Below the pieces are notes generated by a model that worked only from the letters and a program-made list of their open reading frames with translations, searched no databases and was not told the DNA's origin. The position numbers were made by a program, and so were the translations under genes. DNA of 40,000 bases from Noviherbaspirillum sp. ST 5-3 (GTDB taxonomy: Bacteria; Pseudomonadota; Gammaproteobacteria; Burkholderiales; Burkholderiaceae_D): contig NZ_CP176528.1 in assembly GCF_046267815.1 (NCBI RefSeq), forward strand, positions 8,698 to 48,697, given 5' to 3'. This document shows, piece by piece, positions 9,863 to 18,889 of the stretch (position 1 is the stretch's first letter; every line of letters starts with the position of its first letter).

Positions 9863-10120
9863 TCAGCTCACCGGCGTCGGCTCGGTGTCTTCCGGCATGT
9901 CGGCCGAGGCGGTGTCAACTGCTTCCGGCTCGGCAGTGTCGCTGGAACTGCCCACGACGCTGGCTACATGGCTGGTGAAGTTGTCGGCTGCGGTCGCGCC
10001 AGCGGTTGCCGGCTCTGCCATTGCGCCAACATCGCTGGCGCTGCCACCGCCATCGGCGCTGCTGCCGCCGCATGCTGTCAACGCCGCGCAGGCGGCCAGC
10101 AGAATCGCGAGATTTTTCAT
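9863..10120 (-). CDS. Small lipoprotein
   Basis: MKNLAILLAACAALTAC|GG is a lipobox. AAGGAGA lies 7 nt upstream of this ATG. Gly/Ser/Ala/Asp-rich mature part. Confidence 0.65.
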   Translation of the reverse strand: MKNLAILLAACAALTACGGSSADGGGSASDVGAMAEPATAGATAADNFTSHVASVVGSSSDTAEPEAVDTASADMPEDTEPTPVS

Positions 10121-10148
10121 GATGCTCTCCTTGTTCAATGCCTTGCGC

Positions 10149-11642
10149 TTAGTGTGTCAGCGAGTTGGTCAACGGTGTCTTCAAGTAGGGGAAGCCCATG
10201 TCGAAATAGGTGCTGTCGAGATAGGCGCCATCGGTAAAGTCGATGTTGCCGGAAGGCGCATCGGACGGTTTGCAGCCGATATTCAATGTGCACAGGCGGC
10301 CCATCATGACGCGCAATGCGACATCAACGATGTCGTCGCCGGGACGCCGGCCATTCGGAAAGCCGGCTGCATCGCCAGCGATGACGCCAAGGCGGTTTTG
10401 GGTGCCGCTCACCGGTGTGCTGGTATTGAGCCGCAGCATTTCGGATGGCGTCACCTTCGCAGGCTTGTTCACGCCGTCGACACCCGTCAGGAAGGCAGTC
10501 ACCAGATCATTGCGCGGGAAGTTGGACGGCGCCTTCACGCCTGCACTGCCGAACAGCACCTCCACCAGCGCGGGCAGGGTCGGGTTGGTCACATAATCGA
10601 GAAATTGTGCGTCGTTCACCGGTTTGCTGCTGTTGAAGTGATCCTTGTCCTTCAGGCCGATCACCACCTCGTTGACCAGTGGATTGCCAAGGCGCGATAC
10701 CTGGGTCCATGCTCCGCCTTCTTTCGACGCGCCGCCGCTTCCCGGATTCGGGTTGATCAGGCGGCCCTGGCGCACGCTGGCGGTCGTCCAGGCGCCGATC
10801 ACCGGCTCGCTGCCGTTGGTCAGGCAACTGATCGGCACCTCCAGCTCGATCGCAGTGACGTTCTTGTTGGCCAGTACATCCTGCGCAGCCTTTTCCGCGT
10901 TCGGATCAAATGCAGTGGCCGGCGCCTTGATGTTGATGAGGTCGAAGATCTCGCCCAGATTCACCACAAACGGGTCTTTGCGCTGTCCGACAAACATGCG
11001 TCCGGGCGCGTTACAGCCGGGTATGTTGATGTTGTAGACATGCTTTGCGGCGTAGGCTGCATAGTCGGTAATCGATTTGTTGCCGATATTGTCGATCGGC
11101 TTTTCAAACGTCGCGCTGCCGCCGTCGGCATTGGCCACCGCCTGCCGGGTGCCGGTACGACGATCGCCGCGAACCAGCGAGACTGAATAGGTTTCGCGGC
11201 GGTTCAATGCGGACGAGCCGGGACTGTTGATATCGGTCGAGCCGTTGATGACGAGCGGAATGGAAACCTGCTTGCCAGCGATCGTCAGTTTGTTGTCGTT
11301 ATTGATGTCATTGAAGCGGAACTGGAAGGTGAGGTCTTCCTTTGCATCGCCGTTGTTGTCGATGTGGATCTCGTACAAGGCGTTCGGATCCATCGCGTAG
11401 TAGTGCGGAGCGGCGCCCTGTTCCTCCAATGGAATATAGTTGGCAATCAGCGTCACGTAATTGGATCGACCTGTCTCATAGCTGCGGAACATGTAAAAGT
11501 CCGTGCTGTCGACCGCCGGCATGCGGGTCAGGAATGGCGCTTCACGATGGCTGGAGGCGGAAGCGGGGGGCAGCGTGATGCCGGCAGCCGTTCCCAGCAT
11601 CAGGCTGATAGCGATCGAAATCTTTCTCTTGCAAGTGAACAT
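10149..11642 (-). CDS. DUF4331 domain-containing secreted protein
   Basis: A signal peptide is followed by the family-typical mature N-terminus SSHREAPF...D.TDFYMF. 497 aa. Confidence 0.85.
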   Translation of the reverse strand: MFTCKRKISIAISLMLGTAAGITLPPASASSHREAPFLTRMPAVDSTDFYMFRSYETGRSNYVTLIANYIPLEEQGAAPHYYAMDPNALYEIHIDNNGDAKEDLTFQFRFNDINNDNKLTIAGKQVSIPLVINGSTDINSPGSSALNRRETYSVSLVRGDRRTGTRQAVANADGGSATFEKPIDNIGNKSITDYAAYAAKHVYNINIPGCNAPGRMFVGQRKDPFVVNLGEIFDLINIKAPATAFDPNAEKAAQDVLANKNVTAIELEVPISCLTNGSEPVIGAWTTASVRQGRLINPNPGSGGASKEGGAWTQVSRLGNPLVNEVVIGLKDKDHFNSSKPVNDAQFLDYVTNPTLPALVEVLFGSAGVKAPSNFPRNDLVTAFLTGVDGVNKPAKVTPSEMLRLNTSTPVSGTQNRLGVIAGDAAGFPNGRRPGDDIVDVALRVMMGRLCTLNIGCKPSDAPSGNIDFTDGAYLDSTYFDMGFPYLKTPLTNSLTH

Positions 11643-11870
11643 GGCTCTCTCCTAAAAGGGTTGATCGAGGCGCGACGGCCTTCCTTGCTTGATACGCATC
11701 TGCCGAGCGAACGGATTCAAAAAATTTTTGATCGCCGCATAAATACCGAACAGCAAGCGAATCCATGTGCGGCCAGTCTTCGGTCAACTTTTCGGCTTGA
11801 GATTGCATCTATAATTTTCCGTAACGAGAAATGCCGGCCGCATGTGGCCGCCACACCGAGACTCCCGACC

Positions 11871-12455
11871 ATGCCGGCGACCGATCCCCAGCAACAACAA
11901 TTCAGAGAATGGCTTGCCGCCGTTGCGCGGCAGGATGCTGCCGCGTTTCGCGCGCTCTATGAAGCAACGTCGCCGAAACTGTTTGGCTTTGCCTTGCGTA
12001 TATTGATGAAGGGCGAGTGGGCAGAGGAGGTACTGCAGGAAAGTTTTGTCAGCATCTGGCACAACGCGGCGAACTATCAGCCGGCGCTGGCCGCGCCGAT
12101 GACGTGGATGACGACCATCGTGCGCAACAAGGCATTCGACGCGCTGCGCCGTGTCGATGACTGCGTCGAGATCGATGACGAGACCTTCAGTCAGGAAGTC
12201 GTGGATGCATTGGAAAGCCCGGCGCCGACGCCGCTGGCGGCATTGCAGCTGACGAGCGACGCCGCCGCGCTGGCGGAATGCATGAAGCGGCTGGAGGGCC
12301 TGCACCGTCAGGCAATCGCATTGGCGTTCTACCACGATCTGTCGCACAGCGAAGTGGCAGAGCAATTGAAGTTGCCGATCGGGACGATTAAAACATGGAT
12401 ACGCCGCGGCCTTGAACGTCTGCGGACCTGTCTGTCGAAATGGGAGAACGCATGA
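11871..12455 (+). CDS. ECF-type RNA polymerase sigma-70 factor
   Basis: Region 2 (LFGFALRILMKGEWAEEVLQESFVSIWHNA) and region 4 (LSHSEVAEQLKLPIGTIKTWIRRGL). Start set at MPATDPQ. The track ORF from 11364 is an unsupported N-terminal extension. Confidence 0.85.
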   Translation: MPATDPQQQQFREWLAAVARQDAAAFRALYEATSPKLFGFALRILMKGEWAEEVLQESFVSIWHNAANYQPALAAPMTWMTTIVRNKAFDALRRVDDCVEIDDETFSQEVVDALESPAPTPLAALQLTSDAAALAECMKRLEGLHRQAIALAFYHDLSHSEVAEQLKLPIGTIKTWIRRGLERLRTCLSKWENA

Positions 12456-13177
12456 ACCACCGGCACTTGCAACGCAATGAACGATTGCGGGAGCAATTGA
12501 CCTCCGAATACGTACTCGGCACGCTCAAGGGAGGCGCGCGCCGGCGTTTCGAGCAGTGGCTGGCGGTCGATGCGACGCTGCTGCACACGGTAAGGCAGTG
12601 GCAGAATCGCCTGAGTCCAATGGCGGAATTCGCGCCGAACGTACAGCCGCCGGCGCGGGTATGGCAATCGATCGAGCAGTCCTTGCGGCTGACGGCTGCA
12701 CCGGCGCGCGCGCGGCCGCCGTTCCGGCAGCGCGTCTTCAATGATCTCGCCTTCTGGCGCGGGCTCGGTATCGGCGCGACGGCATTGGCGACCTTGCTGA
12801 TTGCGGTCCTGATGCTGCGCCAGCCGGAGATTGCACCATCGCCCGTCTATCTCGCCATGCTGAGCGGCGACAGCGCGCAACCGGTGGTGGTCGTCACCGG
12901 CGACGCCAGGCAACGCACGCTGACCGTCCACGTGGTCGCGCAACAGAACGTGGCAGCGGACAAGAGCCTCGAACTGTGGGCCGTGCCATCCCAGGGCGCG
13001 CCGCGTTCGCTGGGTCTGGTGGCCGGCAGCGGCACGGTCATATTGCGGCTGCCGGAAAACATCACGCCGCAATCCGCACCGCTACTGGCAATCAGTCTCG
13101 AACCGAAAGGCGGCTCGCCCAACCCGAACGGGCCGAGCGGGCCGATCTTGTATAAAGGTGCATGGGTTCAGATTTAA
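12452..13177 (+). CDS. Anti-sigma factor (RskA/anti-sigma-K-like, single TM)
   Basis: The ATG overlaps the sigma gene stop (ATGA at 12452-12455). A central TM (LGIGATALATLLIAVLML) is followed by the C-terminal block LELWAVP...LAISLEPKGGSP typical of RskA-like domains. Confidence 0.8.
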   Translation: MNHRHLQRNERLREQLTSEYVLGTLKGGARRRFEQWLAVDATLLHTVRQWQNRLSPMAEFAPNVQPPARVWQSIEQSLRLTAAPARARPPFRQRVFNDLAFWRGLGIGATALATLLIAVLMLRQPEIAPSPVYLAMLSGDSAQPVVVVTGDARQRTLTVHVVAQQNVAADKSLELWAVPSQGAPRSLGLVAGSGTVILRLPENITPQSAPLLAISLEPKGGSPNPNGPSGPILYKGAWVQI

Positions 13178-13228
13178 TTCGCTTGTACGGATCGCACCCA
13201 TCGGCACTTCATCGCGCAACATAAAGAA

Positions 13229-13255
13229 CTCCCGCGACCGAGACGATCGCGGGAG
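13229..13255 (+). terminator. Hairpin downstream of the anti-sigma gene (possible terminator)
   Basis: CTCCCGCGA-N9-TCGCGGGAG, a 9-bp perfect stem about 50 nt after the stop. There is no clear U-tract. Confidence 0.3.
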
Positions 13256-13549
13256 AAGAACATCCTCTGGAGACATCGAGGCGGTAGTCGCGCACGACAT
13301 GGCGCAACTCCCTTGCTAGTGTCTCATTTCAATCCTTTCAATTGGCTGTCGATATGAGCGTCCATTGACGCGATATCGCTCTGTATCCAAACGACCACAA
13401 GCTTTCAATTCCCGAAAGCAAACTGACAGGTTCGCAAAGCTACTCTTGCCGCGTCATTCAATGACATTGCCGCGGCAGTGGGACGCTGTTCATGACGAAC
13501 AAGGCCGGGCGCCACCAAATATGCATATCCAAACAAAGGAGAGGAAACA

Positions 13550-14533
13550 ATGAAAAAATCACTGATAGCGCTGGCGATCCTGGGCGCATTGGCAGGCACG
13601 GCCGCAGCGCAAACGAATGTGGCGATCTATGGCGTGGTCGACGTCGGCATCAGCCGCACCGATGTCAGCAACGGCTCGGCGACCTGGGGCATGGACAGCG
13701 GCGTGCAGTCGGGCAGCCGGCTCGGCTTCAAGGGCACGGAGGATCTCGGTGGCGGCATGTCGGCCAGCTTCAATCTGGAAAACGGTTATGCCGTCGATAC
13801 CGGCGCGATGAGCGGCGGCCTGCTGTTCGGCCGGCAGGCGTGGGTCGCGTTGAATGGCGGCTACGGCACGGTGCGTCTCGGGCGCCAGTTCACGCCGATC
13901 TTCCAGGTGCTCGACGATATCGATCCCTTCGGCACCGGCCTTTCCGGCGCGATCAATAACGTGTTCAGCACCTATGGCGTGCGCATGAACAATACGGTGA
14001 AATACCTCACGCCGCAGCTGAACGGCTTCTCCGGGCAACTGGCCTATGGTTTCGGCGAAGTCGCGGGCAACACTTCCGCCAGTCGCCATCTCGGCGCATC
14101 GGTCGGTTACGCCAACGGACCGCTGAATGTGCAGTTCGCTTACCACGACGCCAACAATGCGACGGACACCGGCAGCACCAACACGGCGCTGCTGGCGGGC
14201 ATGTACGACTTCCGCGTGGTCAAGCTGCATGCGGCCTTCGCGACGAATGGCGACGATACCACCGGCGCCGCATCGAAAAGCCGCAGCCGCGATGTCATGC
14301 TGGGCGTGAGCGCGCCTGCGGGCAGCGTCGGCACCGTGCTCGCTTCCTGGATTCGTCATGATCAGCGCAGCGGCGCAGTCGGTGGCGTGGACCGCGATCA
14401 GTGGGCGATCGGTTATCTGCATTCGCTGTCCAAGCGTACCAATCTGTACACCTCGTATGGCCGCCTGAATCTGAAGCCTGCCGGTTCGGCAGATGTATCG
14501 ACCTTCTACGCGGGGATACGGCACAAGTTCTGA
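13550..14533 (+). CDS. Outer-membrane general porin (Gram-negative trimeric porin, Omp32/OmpC-like)
   Basis: Signal peptide MKKSLIALAILGALAGTAAA. N-terminus QTNVAIYGVVDVG. C-terminal ...YAGIRHKF ends in an aromatic residue. AAGGAGAGG RBS. Confidence 0.9.
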   Translation: MKKSLIALAILGALAGTAAAQTNVAIYGVVDVGISRTDVSNGSATWGMDSGVQSGSRLGFKGTEDLGGGMSASFNLENGYAVDTGAMSGGLLFGRQAWVALNGGYGTVRLGRQFTPIFQVLDDIDPFGTGLSGAINNVFSTYGVRMNNTVKYLTPQLNGFSGQLAYGFGEVAGNTSASRHLGASVGYANGPLNVQFAYHDANNATDTGSTNTALLAGMYDFRVVKLHAAFATNGDDTTGAASKSRSRDVMLGVSAPAGSVGTVLASWIRHDQRSGAVGGVDRDQWAIGYLHSLSKRTNLYTSYGRLNLKPAGSADVSTFYAGIRHKF

Positions 14534-14606
14534 CAGGCTGTTGAGAAGCAACTGCGCGGGCCGGTGTTTGCGCCTGCGCAGGCCATGCACGAATTTGCGA
14601 GACGCT

Positions 14607-15272
14607 ATGCGACTACTTCTGGCGGAAGACGAGCAGGAACTGGCGAACTGGCTGTGCCTCGCACTCCAGCAGAACGGCTATGTCGTCGACTGGGTGGATG
14701 ACGGCCGCCTGGTGGAGCATCGCATCCGGCAGGAGAAGTACGATGCACTGATCCTGGATCTCGGCTTGCCGGGCAGGGATGGGCATGCGGTGCTGTGCCG
14801 CCTGCGCGAGGCCGATGCGCGGATTCCGGTATTGATCCTGACGGCGCGCGATTCGCTGATGGAGCGTGTCAGCACCTTGCGTGAAGGCGCGGATGATTTT
14901 GTCGCCAAGCCTTTTTCCATCGATGAACTGGAAGCGCGGCTGATGGCGCTGATCCGGCGTTCGCGCGGCTCCGAACATCCGCGCATGGCGTGCGGTCCGC
15001 TGGTGTTCGATACGAAGACGCGGCAGTTCCTGTTGAGCGGCAATGTGCTGAGTCTCTCGAAGCGCGAATACACCTTGCTGCGCGCGCTCATCCAGAATCC
15101 CGGCGAGCCGCTGTCGAAACAGGAAATCCACGACCGCGTGTTCGCCGACGAGGTGGATGTGCTGCCGGAGGCAGTGGAGGTGCTGATTCATCGCGTACGC
15201 AAGCGGCTGATCGGCAGCAGCGTGCATGTGGTGACGCTGCGAGGCATCGGTTATCTGCTGGAGTTGAGATAG
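14607..15272 (+). CDS. tctD: OmpR-family response regulator, TctD-like by context
   Basis: MRLLLAEDE...ALILDLGLPGRDG receiver domain plus a winged-helix C-terminus (...VVTLRGIGYLL). It lies immediately upstream of tctCBA. The symbol is assigned by synteny only. Confidence 0.75.
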   Translation: MRLLLAEDEQELANWLCLALQQNGYVVDWVDDGRLVEHRIRQEKYDALILDLGLPGRDGHAVLCRLREADARIPVLILTARDSLMERVSTLREGADDFVAKPFSIDELEARLMALIRRSRGSEHPRMACGPLVFDTKTRQFLLSGNVLSLSKREYTLLRALIQNPGEPLSKQEIHDRVFADEVDVLPEAVEVLIHRVRKRLIGSSVHVVTLRGIGYLLELR

Positions 15273-15426
15273 GGTCTCGGCATATTCAGTGTCCCGGTTC
15301 TTGCATGTCCTGCAATTTGAAATAAATGCTTCTTTCTGACAGCCTGTTGACAGCTTCAGATTGCTAAAGTCCACATACACCCGGAGCGGTCTGCGTATCC
15401 GGGAAGATGACAAAGGAGAAGACAAA

Positions 15427-16401
15427 ATGAAAAAACTGTATTGCGCACTTGCGCTGAGCCTCTGCGTTGGAGCGGCCGTGGCCGGCCCGTTCGACAAGAC
15501 CGAATGCATCGCCGGCGCCAAACCCGGCGGCGGCTTCGACCTGACCTGCCGTCTCGCGCAGAGCGGCCTGTTCGACGCGCACCTGATCAAGGACCCGATG
15601 CGCATCACCTACATGCCGGGCGGCATCGGCGCCGTGGCCTACAACGCGATTGTCGGCCAGCGTTCGGCGGAGCCGAATACCATCGTGGCCTACTCCGGCG
15701 GTTCACTGCTCAATATCGCGCAGGGCAAGTTCGGCAAGTACACCGAGAACGACGTGCGCTGGCTGTCGATCGTCGGCGCCGATTACGGCGTGGTCGCGGT
15801 GCGCAAGGATTCGCCCTACAAGTCGCTGAAGGATCTGGCCGCGGCGCTCAAGGCCGACCCGAGCAAGATCGTGTTCGGCGCAGGCGGCACGGTGGGCAGC
15901 CAGGACTGGATGAAAGCCGCCCTGACGGCCAAGATCGCCGGCGTCAGCCACAAGACGATGCGCTTCGTTGCCTTTGAAGGCGGCGGCGAAGCGATGTCCG
16001 CACTGCAGGGCGGACATGTGCAGGTGTATTCCGGCGACGCGTCCGAACTTTCTTCGCAGATGAAGGCCGGCGCCAACGTGCGTTTGCTCGCGGTGTTCGC
16101 CGACAAGCGCCTGCCGGGCGAGCTGGCCGAGGTGCCGACCGCCAAGGAGCAGGGCTATGACGTGGAATGGCCGATCGTTCGCGGCTTCTACATGGGGCCG
16201 AAGGTCAGCGATGCGGATTTCAATGCATGGACCGAAGCTTTCAACAAGATGATGCGCACGCCGGAGTTCGCCAAGGTGCGTGAAGAACGCGGCATGTATC
16301 CGTTCTCGATGACCGGCCCTATGCTCGACACCTACATCAAGCGCTACGTGCAGCAATACCGCAAGCTGGCGGAAGAGTTCGGGCTGGTCGGAGCGAAATG
16401 A
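15427..16401 (+). CDS. tctC: Tripartite tricarboxylate transporter substrate-binding protein (Bug/TctC family)
   Basis: Signal peptide MKKLYCALALSLCVGAAVA. Bug-family length and sequence. Followed by tctB and tctA. Confidence 0.85.
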   Translation: MKKLYCALALSLCVGAAVAGPFDKTECIAGAKPGGGFDLTCRLAQSGLFDAHLIKDPMRITYMPGGIGAVAYNAIVGQRSAEPNTIVAYSGGSLLNIAQGKFGKYTENDVRWLSIVGADYGVVAVRKDSPYKSLKDLAAALKADPSKIVFGAGGTVGSQDWMKAALTAKIAGVSHKTMRFVAFEGGGEAMSALQGGHVQVYSGDASELSSQMKAGANVRLLAVFADKRLPGELAEVPTAKEQGYDVEWPIVRGFYMGPKVSDADFNAWTEAFNKMMRTPEFAKVREERGMYPFSMTGPMLDTYIKRYVQQYRKLAEEFGLVGAK

Positions 16402-16838
16402 TGAGCGACCGCATCCTCGGCTTGCTGGCCATCCTGGTGGCCGGCAGCATGGCGGTGGGCGCCTGGGGCTATGTCGCACCGGTGGAGTATGAACCGGTCG
16501 GCCCGCGCGCCTTTCCTCTGCTGCTTGCTTTCGCCATGGCCGTCTGCGGCGGCTGGCTCGCGCTACGACCGGGGCTGCCGGTCGACTGGCCGCGCGGCGC
16601 GCAATTGCTGCACATTGCGATCTGCGCCGGCGCCGTCCTCGCCTACGTCGCACTGTTCCAGACGCTGGGTTTCGTGATCGCGACCGCGCTGATGGCACTG
16701 CCGGTCGGACGCGTGTTCGGCGGCAGCTGGCGACAGTGCGCGCTGGGCGGCATCGGTCTGGGCATCCTGCTGTACGTGCTGTTCGATCGCTTGCTCGACG
16801 TCGTGCTGCCGCTGGGCATTCTTCACTGGATTGGTTGA
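16398..16838 (+). CDS. tctB: Tripartite tricarboxylate transporter small membrane subunit TctB
   Basis: 146-aa protein with four TM segments. The start overlaps the tctC stop (ATGA). Confidence 0.8.
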   Translation: MMSDRILGLLAILVAGSMAVGAWGYVAPVEYEPVGPRAFPLLLAFAMAVCGGWLALRPGLPVDWPRGAQLLHIAICAGAVLAYVALFQTLGFVIATALMALPVGRVFGGSWRQCALGGIGLGILLYVLFDRLLDVVLPLGILHWIG

Positions 16839-16845
16839 GGGGAAT

Positions 16846-18357
16846 ATGGAAACTTTGTCACACCTGGCCACCGGCTTCGGCGTCGCGATGCAGCCGATGA
16901 ACCTGCTGCTGGCGACCCTCGGCGCATTCCTGGGCACCGTGGTCGGCCTGCTGCCCGGCCTCGGGCCGATCAACGGCGTCGCCATCCTGATGCCGCTGGC
17001 CTTCGCGCTGAAGCTGCCGCCGGAAGCATCGCTGATCCTGCTTGCCGCCGTCTACATCGGCTGCGAATACGGCGGGCGCATCTCGTCCATCCTGATCAAC
17101 GTCCCCGGCGACGCCGGCGCGATCATGACCGCGCTCGACGGTTATCCGATGGCCAAGAAGGGATTGGGCGGCGTGGCGCTGTCGATCTCGGCCTGGAGCT
17201 CCTTCGTCGGCTCGATCGTGGCGACCATCGGCATTGCGATCGCGGCGCCGCTGCTGGCGCAGTGGGCACTGGCTTTCGGCCCGGCGGAATACTTCGGACT
17301 GATGATCTTCTCCTTTGCCTGCATCGCGGGACTGATCGCGGACCAGCCGGTGAAGGCCGTGCTGGCCACCATCATCGGCCTGTCGCTGTCGACCATCGGC
17401 GTGGATGCCAACTCGGGCGTGTATCGCTTCACCTTCGACTCGGTGCACCTGGGCGACGGCATCCAGTTCATCGTGGTGGTGATCGGCCTGTTCTCGGTCA
17501 GTGAAATCCTGCTGATGCTGGAGCACGCCTTCCACGGACCGGCCACCATCCCCGACACAGGGCGCAACATGTTCAACCTGCAGGAGATGGCCTACACTTG
17601 GTGGGGAACCCTGCGGTCCTCCGTAGTGGGCTTCGTGGTCGGCGTGCTGCCCGGCGCTGGCGCCACCGTGGCCAGCGCGATTACCTACTCGATGGAAAAG
17701 CGCCTGACCGACAAGGAAGGCACCTTCGGCACCGGCGACATCCGCGGTGTCGCGGCGCCCGAGGCGGCGAACAATTCGGCCGCCAACGGCTCCTTCGTAC
17801 CGATGCTCACGCTCGGCATTCCCGGTTCGGGCACGACCGCGGTGATGATGGGCGCGCTCACCCTGTACAACATTACGCCCGGCCCCGCGCTGTTCCAGCA
17901 GGAGCCGAAGCTGGTGTGGGGCCTGATCGCATCGATGTTCGTCGGGAACGTCATCTTGCTGATCATGAACATTCCGCTGGCGGGCATCTTCACGCGCATG
18001 CTGAAGGTGCCCAACTGGGCCCTGGTGCCGGGCATCATGGCGGTGAGCGCGGTCGGCGTGTACGGCGTGCACGCGACCACCTTCGACCTGGTGCTGATGG
18101 CGGCCTTCGGCATCCTCGGCTATCTGCTGCGCAAATGCCAGGTGCCGATGGCGCCGCTGATCCTCGGATTCGTGCTTGGCGACATCATGGAGCAGAACCT
18201 GCGCCGCGCGCTGTCCATCACGAATGGCGAGGTCTCGATCCTGTGGCAAAGCCCGATCTCGATCGGACTGTGGTTGTCGGCAGTGGCGATGGTGTTCGGG
18301 CCGCGCCTGTATCGCAAGCTCAGGCGGCAGCCGGCGGTGGTGGGGGCTGCGGCGTAA
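16846..18357 (+). CDS. tctA: Tripartite tricarboxylate transporter large permease TctA
   Basis: About 500-aa polytopic membrane protein with the TctA-typical N-terminus METLSHLATGF...LLATLGAFLGTVVGLLPGLGP. Confidence 0.9.
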   Translation: METLSHLATGFGVAMQPMNLLLATLGAFLGTVVGLLPGLGPINGVAILMPLAFALKLPPEASLILLAAVYIGCEYGGRISSILINVPGDAGAIMTALDGYPMAKKGLGGVALSISAWSSFVGSIVATIGIAIAAPLLAQWALAFGPAEYFGLMIFSFACIAGLIADQPVKAVLATIIGLSLSTIGVDANSGVYRFTFDSVHLGDGIQFIVVVIGLFSVSEILLMLEHAFHGPATIPDTGRNMFNLQEMAYTWWGTLRSSVVGFVVGVLPGAGATVASAITYSMEKRLTDKEGTFGTGDIRGVAAPEAANNSAANGSFVPMLTLGIPGSGTTAVMMGALTLYNITPGPALFQQEPKLVWGLIASMFVGNVILLIMNIPLAGIFTRMLKVPNWALVPGIMAVSAVGVYGVHATTFDLVLMAAFGILGYLLRKCQVPMAPLILGFVLGDIMEQNLRRALSITNGEVSILWQSPISIGLWLSAVAMVFGPRLYRKLRRQPAVVGAAA

Positions 18358-18414
18358 TCGCAGTCTAGGAGCGCCGCCGGTTTGCCAGGGTGATGGCGTG
18401 TAGTCACTACTCGA

Positions 18415-18469
18415 TCCATGAAAGACACGAAGAAATCTTGCTTTGCATTTTTTCGTGTTTTTCGTGGAC
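18415..18469. repeat. REP-like hairpin element, degenerate copy 1
   Basis: TCCATGAAAGACACGAAGAAA ... TTTTTCGTGTTTTTCGTGGA is an imperfect inverted repeat of the CACGGAAA-type unit. Confidence 0.6.
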
Positions 18470-18520
18470 GATAGTAGTTCATGCAGATGAATTTAAGCGG
18501 CGCGGCGGAACGCTATGGAT

Positions 18521-18579
18521 GTCCACGGAAAGCACGGAAGACACGGAAAGATGCAATACTTTTTGTGCCTTTTGTGGAC
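18521..18579. repeat. REP-like hairpin element, degenerate copy 2
   Basis: GTCCACGGAAAGCACGGAAGACACGGAAAG ... CTTTTTGTGCCTTTTGTGGAC. The left arm matches the 32303 copy. The right arm is decayed. Confidence 0.6.
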
Positions 18580-18889
18580 CGTCATGATTTCCCTTCCATA
18601 GAGCAGAAACTGCTTTTAACAAAAGCATGGAAGACACTCGGCGTGTCTCGCAAAATGCAGACAGTCCAAGGACGCATGTAACAGTCGCTTGTGGTCATCC
18701 AGTCCGGTTCTTCGTCTGCAGCCATTACAGTAACTTGTCATCAACGTCTCCGTCACTTTAAGCAAGTGCATCAAGCTGGGGACGGTCCGCTAAGGGGGCG
18801 AAGCCGGCTGTCACAAGAAAATAATGACGGACAGAAATCGGCCAGGAGCCGTCATACGAGGCATGGTGTTCTTGCTCCATAGCGGCCGT

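Noticed and set aside
11364-11870. N-terminal 169-aa extension of the ECF sigma ORF in the track
   Set aside because: The extension overlaps the 5' end of the divergent DUF4331 gene and the intergenic promoter region, and has no sigma-like sequence. Sigma region 2 homology starts only after the Met at 11871.
13559-14590. 343-aa ORF antisense to the porin gene. Similar long antisense ORFs are 5712-6461, 9885-11186, 12329-13072, 14613-15608, 15703-16698, 16858-18249, 23235-24164, 27445-28248, 28786-29676, 31199-32233, 32699-33742, 34171-35880, 35917-37062 and 37506-38699.
   Set aside because: Each lies opposite a gene with clear family motifs. All have Arg/Ala/Gly/His-rich low-complexity translations and no recognisable domains or RBS. 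They are the shadow ORFs expected in high-GC DNA.
14493-14606. Upstream extension of the tctD ORF overlapping the porin 3' end. The similar leader extensions of the tctC (15361), tctA (16831), MCP (34231), GGDEF-EAL (34105) and dehydrogenase (32326) ORFs belong in the same category.
   Set aside because: Family-typical N-termini (receiver-domain start, signal peptides, first TM) and RBS positions support the internal start codons used in the feature list.
18390-18681. Short ORFs (65-66 aa) across the tctA-intI spacer, and the idea that the repeated CACGGAA units could be a CRISPR-like array
   Set aside because: The peptides are translations of the REP-like hairpin arms. The repeats are inverted arms of hairpins rather than direct repeats separated by unique spacers, and no cas genes are present.
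18824-18855. Hairpin ATGACGG-N18-CCGTCAT followed (on the minus strand) by TATTTTCTT, as a terminator for intI
   Set aside because: The stem is only 7 bp with an 18-nt loop. It is plausible but too weak to report as a feature.
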